From NCBI GenBank assembly GCA_017542885.1, contig JAFXWH010000034.1, positions 1-46,960 on the forward strand: a stretch of DNA of 46,960 bases, read 5' to 3'. Position 1 is the first letter of the stretch. Every line of letters begins with the position of its first letter. Below are positions 19,806 to 27,806 of this stretch, in pieces. The DNA comes from Bacilli bacterium (lineage in GTDB: Bacteria > Bacillota_I > Bacilli_A > RFN20 > CAG-826). The notes under the pieces were generated by a model. It had not been told where the DNA came from and ran no database searches. It saw only the letters and a program-made list of their open reading frames with translations. The position numbers were made by a program, and so were the translations under genes.

Positions 19806-20261
19806 CTACTCTTTGAAGAGGTCGACAGCCTCGCCTTCGGCGATGGTGACGATCGCTTTCTTGTAGCCGCCGATGAAGCCTTTGTAACGTCCGCCACGGG
19901 ATTTCTCCTTGGCGCTCACGTTGACGATCTTGATATCAACGACTTTGACCTGATAGAGCCTCTGGAAGCTGAGTTTGATCTCATCTTTGTTGCTCCAATC
20001 AGCAACCTTGACGGTCACTTTGTTCTCATTCTGGAGAAGAGCCATACTCTTTTCGGTGATGACTGGTTCCAAGATGACTTTGTAATCGTGCTCATTTGGA
20101 AGAGCGATAGGTTTCTTAGCAGCTTTTGGGGCTTCCTTCTTAGCCTCGGCTTTTGGGGCCTCAGCCTTTGGGGCGGCTTCCTTCTTAGGAGCAGCCTTCT
20201 TAGCAGGAGCTTTCTTGGTAGCCGTCTTCTTCTCGGCGGCGACTTTCTTTTCTTCGGCCAT
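19806..20261 (-). CDS. rplW: 50S ribosomal protein uL23 with an A/K/P-rich N-terminal tail of about 56 aa
   Basis: 151-aa ORF. The core begins at DYKVILEPVITEKSM. The ATG overlaps the rplD stop (TAATG), with GGAGG upstream. Confidence 0.93.
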   Translation of the reverse strand: MAEEKKVAAEKKTATKKAPAKKAAPKKEAAPKAEAPKAEAKKEAPKAAKKPIALPNEHDYKVILEPVITEKSMALLQNENKVTVKVADWSNKDEIKLSFQRLYQVKVVDIKIVNVSAKEKSRGGRYKGFIGGYKKAIVTIAEGEAVDLFKE

Positions 20262-20893
20262 TATTTAAGTCCTCCTTCGAGCGCTTTGACGTCATCCTCG
20301 CTGATGACCATGGTGTTGGCATTGAGGACGTCATAGACGCTGATGTTGTTAAGGGCGCGGATCTCGAGGGCATCGATGTTCGTAGCGCTCTTGACGAGTT
20401 TCTCATCGCTTCCGACCAAGAGAACTTTGCCTTCAGCCTTGATGGTCTTGAGGGACTCAGCCATGGCTTTGGTGCTGATCTTGGCGAGCTTGAGGCTGTC
20501 CACGATGAGGAGGCCTTTGGCGGCCTTCTGGGAGAGGACGGTCTTCATGGCAAGGGCGTGGGCCTTCTTGTTCTGAGAAACGGTGTAGTTCTGATTGCCA
20601 TCTGGTCCGAAGACGGTTCCACCGCCAACCCAGATTGGGGAGCGGCTGCTACCCGCACGGGCGCGTCCGGTACCTTTTTGACGATATGGCTTCTTGCCGC
20701 CACCGGAGACTTCGTGTCTCTTCTTGGTTTTGGCAGTGGCCTGACGGGCGTTGGCGCTCTGAGCGACGACGGCGTCATGGATGGCTTGTTCGTTTTTCTC
20801 GGTGATGCCGAATACCTCGGCGCTGAGTTTGACGTCTCCGACTTTTTCGCCGGCGAGATTAACGACTGGCAAACTGATTTTCTTTTCCGCCAT
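20261..20893 (-). CDS. rplD: 50S ribosomal protein uL4
   Basis: 210-aa ORF with GGGKKPYRQKGTGRARAGS. Confidence 0.96.
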   Translation of the reverse strand: MAEKKISLPVVNLAGEKVGDVKLSAEVFGITEKNEQAIHDAVVAQSANARQATAKTKKRHEVSGGGKKPYRQKGTGRARAGSSRSPIWVGGGTVFGPDGNQNYTVSQNKKAHALAMKTVLSQKAAKGLLIVDSLKLAKISTKAMAESLKTIKAEGKVLLVGSDEKLVKSATNIDALEIRALNNISVYDVLNANTMVISEDDVKALEGGLK

Positions 20894-20895
20894 TG

Positions 20896-21579
20896 TTATT
20901 CTCCTTTCTTCGTAAGATCAACAAGCGGCTTGACCTCTGGCTTTCCGAACTGCTTGAGGATAGCGCTTCTGATCATGACGAGACCTTTCTTGGCTCCTGG
21001 GATGCCACCCTTAACAAGGATGTAGTTCTTCTCGGCGCTCGTCTCGATGACGGTGACGTTGAGAAGGGTGGTCTGTTCATCACCCCAGTGTCCGCTCATT
21101 CTCTTGCCTGGAATGACGCGGTTGTTGTCACGACCGTTGTTGGCCAAGGAACCGATCTGACGGTGATAGCCAGAACCGTGACCCTTTGGACCGATGTGGG
21201 CGCCGTAGTGTTTGATGACGCCACTGTAACCGTGACCTTTAGAGGTGCCGATGATGTCAACGACTTCACCAGCCTGGAAGAGATCGGCGGTGAGGTTCTC
21301 ACCAACGTTCTTTCCGTAGATTTCCTCACCCTTTAATTCGAAGAGGTGAGCTTTGGCAGCGACGCCGGCTTTCTTGTAAACACCAAGCTCAGGTTTGTTG
21401 AGACGGTGCTCGGCGATGTCTTCGTAACCAACTTTGAGGGCTTCATAACCATCTTTCTCGATGGTCTTCTTTCCGACGATGACGTTTGGAAGGACTTCGA
21501 TGACGGTGACTGGATACATAGTTCCGTCAGCGGCGAAGACTTCAGTCATGCCCATTTTTCTTCCGATGATGGATTTCAT
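20896..21579 (-). CDS. rplC: 50S ribosomal protein uL3
   Basis: 227-aa ORF with MKSIIGRKMGMT and GTSKGHGYSG. Confidence 0.96.
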   Translation of the reverse strand: MKSIIGRKMGMTEVFAADGTMYPVTVIEVLPNVIVGKKTIEKDGYEALKVGYEDIAEHRLNKPELGVYKKAGVAAKAHLFELKGEEIYGKNVGENLTADLFQAGEVVDIIGTSKGHGYSGVIKHYGAHIGPKGHGSGYHRQIGSLANNGRDNNRVIPGKRMSGHWGDEQTTLLNVTVIETSAEKNYILVKGGIPGAKKGLVMIRSAILKQFGKPEVKPLVDLTKKGE

Positions 21580-21592
21580 TCTTCAGTCCTCC

Positions 21593-21907
21593 TTATTTCG
21601 CTGTGACATCGATGTCTACGCCGTTTGGAAGATCAAGCTTCCTGATGGCATCAATGGTCTCTTTGTTTGGACCGACGATGTCGATTAATCTCTTGTGAGT
21701 TCTGATTTCGAACTGCTCGCGGCTATCCTTGTACTTGAAGGTAGCACGGAGAATCGTGTAGACCTGCTTCTCGGTTGGGAGCGGGACAGGACCGACGATT
21801 TTCACATTGAAGTGATTCGCTATTTCTACGATCTTCTGGACGGCGACGTCGAGAATCTTGTGATCGTAAGCCTGCAAACGAATGCGCAGTACTTGCTGTT
21901 TCGCCAT
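21593..21907 (-). CDS. rpsJ: 30S ribosomal protein uS10
   Basis: 104-aa ORF with [14 protein letters not shown]. It is the first gene of the S10 operon and has an AAGGAGG SD. Confidence 0.97.
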   Translation of the reverse strand: MAKQQVLRIRLQAYDHKILDVAVQKIVEIANHFNVKIVGPVPLPTEKQVYTILRATFKYKDSREQFEIRTHKRLIDIVGPNKETIDAIRKLDLPNGVDIDVTAK

Positions 21908-22040
21908 GAATTTTCCTCCTTATTTCTTCAGGCTTGCTTTGCCAAGCTCCATGCGAGTTCCCTGACTAAGTCGAAGGCCTTAACAACGGCATTCGGCGTG
22001 TCAGCAACATCGCACTTCATCGCTGGCGTCAGCGTGTATG

Positions 22041-22070
22041 AGTATATTCCCGCGTATGAGAGCGCGTCAA
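22041..22070 (-). promoter_or_regulatory. Candidate sigma-70-type promoter of the S10 operon
   Basis: The minus strand reads TTGACG-N18-TATACT. This would give a structured leader of about 125 nt before rpsJ. Confidence 0.4.
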
Positions 22071-22314
22071 CAAAAAAATGAAAAATATTTTCGATGGTTA
22101 TGGCACTTTTGCAAAAATCTTCAAGATATGGTCGGAATTTGATCAAAATGGCCTGTTTTTTGTCTATTTCTTATGCACAATGCACAAATTTGTTAATTCT
22201 AGAAGGGCAAAAACATGTATTTTCACCCCTGCTGCTTTATCCCTTTTTTTATGATTTTCTAACCGAGATTATCCTTTTTGGGCAATAATATGAGGGACCT
22301 TAGGAGGGAAGCGA

Positions 22315-23487
22315 ATGGATATCTTTGGATACTTGGATAAATATGGCAAAACGAGTTTCGAGGAGAGACCTTTCTCTGAGACCGACAGCCTTGTCTTTTC
22401 CCAGTTAAGCTACCTCAAGTTCGAATATGGCTTCTCCGCATTAAGCGGAGGCGACGAGTATGTCGAGCTCAGTAAGTTCGCCCACCTCTCCGATAAGACT
22501 TTGCTTGCGCACGGCACGAGCGATCCGGCCAAATACAACGAGTTCTGGCTCAAGATTTTGGAGTGCCCACGTTTCTCCACTTTGAAGATCGGGCATATCG
22601 AATCGCATTTCAGCGTTGATGATTGCATCCAATACATGTCGATGGTCTTCATCGGGAGCGGTCCAATGAGATACATCGTCTTCCGCGGAACAGATGGAAG
22701 CCTTGTCGGCTGGAAAGAAGACTGCAACCTCGCAACCATGAAGGAGATCCCTTCCCAGAAGCTTGCGAAGGATTACGTCACCAAAGTCGTTAAACACCGC
22801 TTCTTCCCGTTCGTCATCATCGGCCATAGCAAAGGCGGCAACCTCGCCATGTACGCGACCTTAATGATGAAATGGAGATATTATGGTCGCTTCAAAGGCT
22901 GCTATTGCCACGATGGCCCTGGATTCAATGACACCAAGGTCTTCAGTAAGAGAGCCCTTACCAAACTCACTCCGAAAATCCATAAAGTCGTTCCAGGCGA
23001 ATCCCTCATCGGACTTCTTCTCAACCAAGTCACTTCATATAGAGTCATCTCCGCGAACGAGAAAGCCTCTTTCTTCCAACACAGCATCTTCAAATGGGAT
23101 CTTGATGAAGAAACTGGTGAGCTTGTTGAGCTTGAGAGGAATTCGAATGCCTCAAAGACCAAGCAGACGATGTTCCAGAATTGGCTTGCTTCACTTTCGA
23201 GAGAAGATCTTGTCCAGATGACTGAGTGCCTCTTCGATATCCTTCAGGCCAAAGACAGGAAGACCATCTATGAGGTTATGGCTCTAGGCAAACTTGACCT
23301 TGGAATCACCCTCATCAAGAGTTGGATGAAGTATGACGAGGAGACAAAGAAGAAGCTGAAGAAGAACCTCTTCTCTGCGTTCACCTTCTACAAGGAAGCC
23401 AAAGAGGAAATCGCTGCCTCTTATGGCCCGAAGAAAGAGAAGAAGCCAAAGAAGAAAATATTCGGTTTATTCAAGAAGAAAAAATAA
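22315..23487 (+). CDS. DUF2974/Mbeg1-like alpha/beta hydrolase (lipase-like)
   Basis: 390-aa ORF with FRGTDGSLVGWKED and the nucleophile elbow GHSKGGNLAMYA. It has a GGAGGG SD and a Lys-rich C-terminal tail. Confidence 0.7.
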   Translation: MDIFGYLDKYGKTSFEERPFSETDSLVFSQLSYLKFEYGFSALSGGDEYVELSKFAHLSDKTLLAHGTSDPAKYNEFWLKILECPRFSTLKIGHIESHFSVDDCIQYMSMVFIGSGPMRYIVFRGTDGSLVGWKEDCNLATMKEIPSQKLAKDYVTKVVKHRFFPFVIIGHSKGGNLAMYATLMMKWRYYGRFKGCYCHDGPGFNDTKVFSKRALTKLTPKIHKVVPGESLIGLLLNQVTSYRVISANEKASFFQHSIFKWDLDEETGELVELERNSNASKTKQTMFQNWLASLSREDLVQMTECLFDILQAKDRKTIYEVMALGKLDLGITLIKSWMKYDEETKKKLKKNLFSAFTFYKEAKEEIAASYGPKKEKKPKKKIFGLFKKKK

Positions 23488-23491
23488 AAAA

Positions 23492-23520
23492 GGCCTGCAA
23501 ATCGCAGGTCTTTTATTTAT
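23492..23520 (+). terminator. Rho-independent terminator after the DUF2974 gene
   Basis: Stem GCCTGC-AAAT-CGCAGG(TC), followed by TTTTATTTAT. Confidence 0.6.
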
Positions 23521-23533
23521 AATTTCATACCTA

Positions 23534-23563
23534 TTGAATTTAAAAAGCGAAAAAGAGTATGAT
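23534..23563 (+). promoter_or_regulatory. Candidate promoter of the secreted-protein/ABC operon
   Basis: TTGAAT-N18-TATGAT, about 38 nt upstream of an AGGAG SD and the ATG at 23602. Confidence 0.5.
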
Positions 23564-23601
23564 TGGTTCATAAAAGGCTAATGAACTAGGAGACAATTAA
23601 T

Positions 23602-24360
23602 ATGAAACGCCTTTCTTTGTTGTTGTGTGCCGCTTTTATCTATTCGAATACCCCATCACAAGAGAAATCCCTCAAACACGGGGATTCTCTAATCCCAACA
23701 GACATTAGAGGGTTGTTAGGAAGTTCAGGTCATAGTGAGCTCATAATCAATGGAACAGAGGATTATGATTTCAATACAACAAACATGTACACTCATCTCT
23801 CTCCTGACCATAGAAGGACAGTTGCCTTATACGGACAAACCGGCGACCCTTCTTCTTTAACCGCGGTCAATGAAACGTCGTATTTCGTCTCTGGGACCGA
23901 CAGTACAAACGTGACGTATACATTTAACTGCTCTTATAGCCTCTTGCCGGAAACCAATCTTAACAGCGAAGGCACGTGCAGCGTAAGCGTCAATCTTCAA
24001 GCGCATTTGCCCGACAACTGTGAGATTGAATACGATAACAGAACCTTAGATGACTTATCATCGTACTTCCAATTAAGCAACTACCAAGGAAACACGTACC
24101 CAGAAGTCGGCCACGGCATCTTGTTGCATAGGTCGAACGGGACCGGCAATTTCACAACATGGGATGGCTTTGTCCCCCTCGATAGTTTTATAACAACGCC
24201 AACACTGCAAATCCAATTTAGCGCGGGGCTTTATGTCCAACTCGCCATTTTATATGAAATCCACAACTGGGATAATGGTTGGTGGATATTCCAGAATCAC
24301 AAATACTACCATAACATCGGAATATACAGCTTTAGAACATCTTATAATCATCTTTACTAA
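23602..24360 (+). CDS. Secreted protein of unknown function (N-terminal signal peptide)
   Basis: 252-aa ORF with an MKRLSLLLCAAFIY signal-like N-terminus. The mature part is N/S/T/Y-rich with 4 further Cys and an aromatic-rich C-terminus (NWDNGWWIFQNHKYYHN). No family recognised. Confidence 0.6.
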   Translation: MKRLSLLLCAAFIYSNTPSQEKSLKHGDSLIPTDIRGLLGSSGHSELIINGTEDYDFNTTNMYTHLSPDHRRTVALYGQTGDPSSLTAVNETSYFVSGTDSTNVTYTFNCSYSLLPETNLNSEGTCSVSVNLQAHLPDNCEIEYDNRTLDDLSSYFQLSNYQGNTYPEVGHGILLHRSNGTGNFTTWDGFVPLDSFITTPTLQIQFSAGLYVQLAILYEIHNWDNGWWIFQNHKYYHNIGIYSFRTSYNHLY

Positions 24361-24362
24361 AA

Positions 24363-25058
24363 ATGTTTGAGGTCAAAGGGATAACAAAAAAATACTGGAG
24401 AAAGACTGTTTTAGATGACGTTTCTTTCGAAGTCGACAAAGGAAAGATCTGTGCGCTCTGTGGTGTAAATGGAGCTGGAAAAACAACCTTGCTCAAGATT
24501 ATGGCAGGCCTGACGATCCCACAATCTGGCATGTTGCTTGTTGATGGCAAACCTTTCGTTTATGGCGAAGCACCAGTCGTTTCTTGTCTTATAGAAGATC
24601 CTAAGTTTTACCCCCATTTAACCGGCTTTGATAACCTATGGCTTTTGTATCAGCTTTCTGGCGGAAAAGACAAAGAAGTCATCCATTCAGCAATGGAAAA
24701 AGTCGGTCTTAAAGCCAAGGAAAACATAAAATACAGCAAGTATTCTCTAGGAATGAAGAAGAGGCTTTATCTCGCTTTTTCAATAATGAGAGATTCCGAT
24801 TTGGTCCTTTTAGATGAACCATTCAACGGGCTTGACCCTCTTGCAGTCAAAAAGATAAAAGAAATCGTTGTCGATTTAAGCAAACAAGGCAAAACAATCC
24901 TTCTAAGCAGCCATATGATCGTGGAACTCGAAGATATAGTCGACTCAGCAATATTCATCGACCATGGCAAAATCATCTACAACAACAAAAACGCTTCTGG
25001 GATCGAACTACACAAACTGTTTCTTGAGATGGTCCCAGCAGAAGGTGAAGCCGAATGA
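24363..25058 (+). CDS. ABC transporter ATP-binding protein (ABC-2/bacitracin-lantibiotic-immunity-like subfamily)
   Basis: 231-aa ORF with Walker A GVNGAGKTT, signature YSLGMKKRL and Walker B LVLLDEP. Confidence 0.9.
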   Translation: MFEVKGITKKYWRKTVLDDVSFEVDKGKICALCGVNGAGKTTLLKIMAGLTIPQSGMLLVDGKPFVYGEAPVVSCLIEDPKFYPHLTGFDNLWLLYQLSGGKDKEVIHSAMEKVGLKAKENIKYSKYSLGMKKRLYLAFSIMRDSDLVLLDEPFNGLDPLAVKKIKEIVVDLSKQGKTILLSSHMIVELEDIVDSAIFIDHGKIIYNNKNASGIELHKLFLEMVPAEGEAE

Positions 25059-26026
25059 TCATAAGGGTTGTTCGCCACGAACTAAAACTTGTTTGGAGTC
25101 GTTTTTGGGTCCTTCTTTTGGTCGTTGCGTTTATTGCCGGAGCTTTGACCCTACTATCGCATATACCAGATTTCTATGAAACAATCGTGACAGAAGCGAG
25201 ACCAGATGGAGTAGTGAAGGCCGAACTATTGAATCAGTATCGTGCCGCTCTCGAGGCGCTCGACCCAACAGAGAAAAGCAAAATCGCCCTTTTGAATTTC
25301 TTTCTAAAAACAAACACAGATCAATTTGAATATTTTGAATTGGCCAACATCACCACCCACTATCTAGGGGCGGAAAGCCTAGCCACCTCTTACTCTTTCA
25401 TAGAAGGTGCAGCGTTGTTAACGGCCCCACTAGGCATTGTGCTAGGTTTGTTATTGTTCGTGATTCCTTCTAAAAACGGTTCAATTCAGATGGAGCTTTC
25501 CTCAGGAATAAAAAGAAGTAGTTTATTGTTTGGAAAAATAATTGTTGGCTTTTCTGCGTTGCTACTCTATTGCTTAATCGCCGTTTCTGTTTCTCTTATC
25601 GCGGCAAAAGATAATCTCAATCAGTTATTCCTATTTGCGTATAGGGATGGTTATGCTTCCGCAACGTTTAGTTCACTGTTAGGTATGAAATCTTTAGGAA
25701 TGTTAACAGGGGGCGTTTTCTACTTTGCGGTTTCTTCACTATTAGGAATCGTTCTTCCTCGCTCATATCTAGGTCCGTCGATCCTTTTCGCTGTTTTTTT
25801 GCTTTGCTTCCTCTTTTCAAATGTCGAGATGCCAAAATGGGGCTATTATGGGGAGCCGTCTGGATTATCTTTAAAGACGCTTTTTCTAATCCCGTTCTCA
25901 AATGTATTTCTTGCTTCAAATTTTGGTTTCCTCGGCGAGAGCGCAATCGTATCTGCCGTATACCTATTATTGACAGCGGGATTGGTATCCGGGCTCTTTG
26001 TTTATATCAAAAAGGCTAATGTATGA
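25055..26026 (+). CDS. ABC-2-type transporter permease
   Basis: 323-aa polytopic ORF. Its start overlaps the ATPase stop by 4 nt. Confidence 0.7.
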   Translation: MIIRVVRHELKLVWSRFWVLLLVVAFIAGALTLLSHIPDFYETIVTEARPDGVVKAELLNQYRAALEALDPTEKSKIALLNFFLKTNTDQFEYFELANITTHYLGAESLATSYSFIEGAALLTAPLGIVLGLLLFVIPSKNGSIQMELSSGIKRSSLLFGKIIVGFSALLLYCLIAVSVSLIAAKDNLNQLFLFAYRDGYASATFSSLLGMKSLGMLTGGVFYFAVSSLLGIVLPRSYLGPSILFAVFLLCFLFSNVEMPKWGYYGEPSGLSLKTLFLIPFSNVFLASNFGFLGESAIVSAVYLLLTAGLVSGLFVYIKKANV

Positions 26027-27111
26027 AACAAATAGGAAGCGTTTTTTCATTTGAATGGAACAAATTTAGGAAGGATTTGCCGAGGATAATCCTATTTGGG
26101 GTTATCTTTGCTTCAATCATTCTTGTAACGTTCTATTTCGTTTTTATGAGAATGGGCACAAACAGCTATTGTTCTGGAGAAAGCTATTCTTTGGAGTGGA
26201 CCGCTGAAATTGAGGTCCAATACAAAGAGCGGATGGACTATTACTATTTGAATTATCTTATCGCCACGGGAAAAGAGAATCCTCCAGAGGGTGGTTTTAT
26301 CATTCTTCCGCCTGAGTTGAGCTTGAAAGAATACCTGTACTACAAAACGTTGTTAGAAACAAAAGTGCCTTATACCATTAGCGGTTTTTCAGAACCAGGC
26401 AATTATTTATTCCCAACTCACTCAGTAGACTGCTCGGATTATCCTTTCCTTCCTTCTTTCAGGATGTTTATGTACCAAGATATTGCCTATGTTCTCATGC
26501 CAGTTCTTTTCTGGATCGAAATCTTTTTTGTCTTCCGTTATGACGGTTTCCTAAAAACCGACAAAGTCATTGCAAGCATGGGCATAAAAAGGAAGAATCT
26601 TCTTTTCGGGAAAATTCTTCACTGTTTGGTCGTTTGTTTTTCCAGTATGCTCGTTTTTTGCTTATTCGGACTGATCTTCTATCAAAACGTTCCTTTCGCG
26701 TTCTATAACGGGGAAGCGTGGCATATAACAAACACCATCGCGGTTTACTTTGAACGCTGGCTTGAGATGGGCTTATCTCTCTTTGCGATGATGTCTTTGA
26801 TGATGGCTCTGGCAACAATCATCCCATCAGGTGTTGCTTACTTAATTTTGGGAGGAGCGTTGTCCTTTGCTTTCACCCCTGCCATTCACTTCATTCAGTG
26901 GTCTTTACAAACCGATTCCGGCTTCCCAGAGCTTTATGACATACCTTTTATAAATCTTATAGCTAGCGATGGCTTCACGGATCCCAATGCGTCGCTGAAA
27001 TACCCGACTATCCTGCTATCCTTGCTGGGATGTTGGGCGGTGATTGGTTGCGTAATCCTTTTCGCGCACCTCAAAGACAGAAGATTTGCCTTGAGATATA
27101 AAAAACCTTAA
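26023..27111 (+). CDS. ABC-2-type transporter permease (second subunit)
   Basis: 362-aa polytopic ORF with a large first extracytoplasmic loop. It overlaps the previous gene by 4 nt. Confidence 0.65.
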   Translation: MKQIGSVFSFEWNKFRKDLPRIILFGVIFASIILVTFYFVFMRMGTNSYCSGESYSLEWTAEIEVQYKERMDYYYLNYLIATGKENPPEGGFIILPPELSLKEYLYYKTLLETKVPYTISGFSEPGNYLFPTHSVDCSDYPFLPSFRMFMYQDIAYVLMPVLFWIEIFFVFRYDGFLKTDKVIASMGIKRKNLLFGKILHCLVVCFSSMLVFCLFGLIFYQNVPFAFYNGEAWHITNTIAVYFERWLEMGLSLFAMMSLMMALATIIPSGVAYLILGGALSFAFTPAIHFIQWSLQTDSGFPELYDIPFINLIASDGFTDPNASLKYPTILLSLLGCWAVIGCVILFAHLKDRRFALRYKKP

Positions 27112-27145
27112 ATGCTAATTCCAATGTGATTTTGCTTGCGTTTTT

Positions 27146-27166
27146 GGGGCCTAAAGGCCCTTTTCT
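27146..27166 (+). terminator. Possible terminator of the ABC operon, overlapping the queH stop codon
   Basis: Stem GGGCC-TAAA-GGCCC followed by TTTTCT. The stem is short. Confidence 0.35.
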
Positions 27167-27804
27167 ATTCTGCGGCGTTCGCCTTCTTCGTAGGTGTATT
27201 TGCACCCACAGCAGAGTTGCTGATAGAGGCCATATTTATCCCTAAGGGCTTTGCCTTTTTCAATGCCGTCATCCTTCTTGAAATCACTATAGAAGTACTT
27301 GGTTTTGGAATGCTTTGCTTCAAGCTCTTTGCCAATGCTGTTAAGGATGAGGGAATTCTTTTGTCTTGAGATGGTCATTACCGTGGTGAAGTAATCAAAG
27401 CCATTCTCTTCAGCGTAGTCATAAGCCTCACCCATTCTCTTGCGGTAGCAAATCATGCAGCGGCGGCCACCTTCTCTTTCGTTCCCGTATGGAGCGAGGT
27501 CTTTATCGAATTCGTCGTTGTCATATGGGGTGACGACGAGGCCAACATCAAAATTGAAATCCCTTTTGATGCACTCAAGAAGTCGCTTTAACTCTTCGAG
27601 TCTTTTAGTATATTCCGCCTCAGGATAGATATTGCTGTTATTGAACATGATGGTCACATCGAAATGCGGGCAAAGGAAAAGGAGAGGCCAGCAAGAGCAA
27701 GGACCGCAGCAGCCATGAAGAAGAAGCCTTGGTTTCTTGTCGCCATGGAGGTTTTTTATCTCCTCAAGACTGATGTTGTAATAGTTAGGCTTCTTGATGT
27801 TCAT
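27151..27804 (-). CDS. queH: Epoxyqueuosine reductase QueH (DUF208)
   Basis: 217-aa ORF with the QueH hallmarks LLLHGCCGPCS, GGRRCMICYRKR and a C-terminal CCGC. It is adjacent to queA and tgt. Confidence 0.88.
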   Translation of the reverse strand: MNIKKPNYYNISLEEIKNLHGDKKPRLLLHGCCGPCSCWPLLFLCPHFDVTIMFNNSNIYPEAEYTKRLEELKRLLECIKRDFNFDVGLVVTPYDNDEFDKDLAPYGNEREGGRRCMICYRKRMGEAYDYAEENGFDYFTTVMTISRQKNSLILNSIGKELEAKHSKTKYFYSDFKKDDGIEKGKALRDKYGLYQQLCCGCKYTYEEGERRRIEKGL

Positions 27805-27806
27805 CC

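Noticed and set aside
21928-22146. The 72-aa minus-strand ORF and the 64-aa plus-strand ORF (22094-22288) in the rpsJ/DUF2974 spacer. Also the tandem ATGCACA ATGCACA at ~22172-22186.
   Set aside because: These ORFs have no SD or supporting homology and overlap the predicted S10 promoter and leader. A two-copy 7-mer is too short to call a repeat element.
23602-24360. An apparent excess of N-x-S/T sequons in the secreted 252-aa protein (8: NGT, NTT, NET, NVT, NCS, NRT, NGT, NFT), hinting at N-glycosylation.
   Set aside because: The protein is very Asn/Ser/Thr-rich, so about 5 sequons are expected by chance. No oligosaccharyltransferase or HMW1C-like gene is in the window. The excess is not significant.
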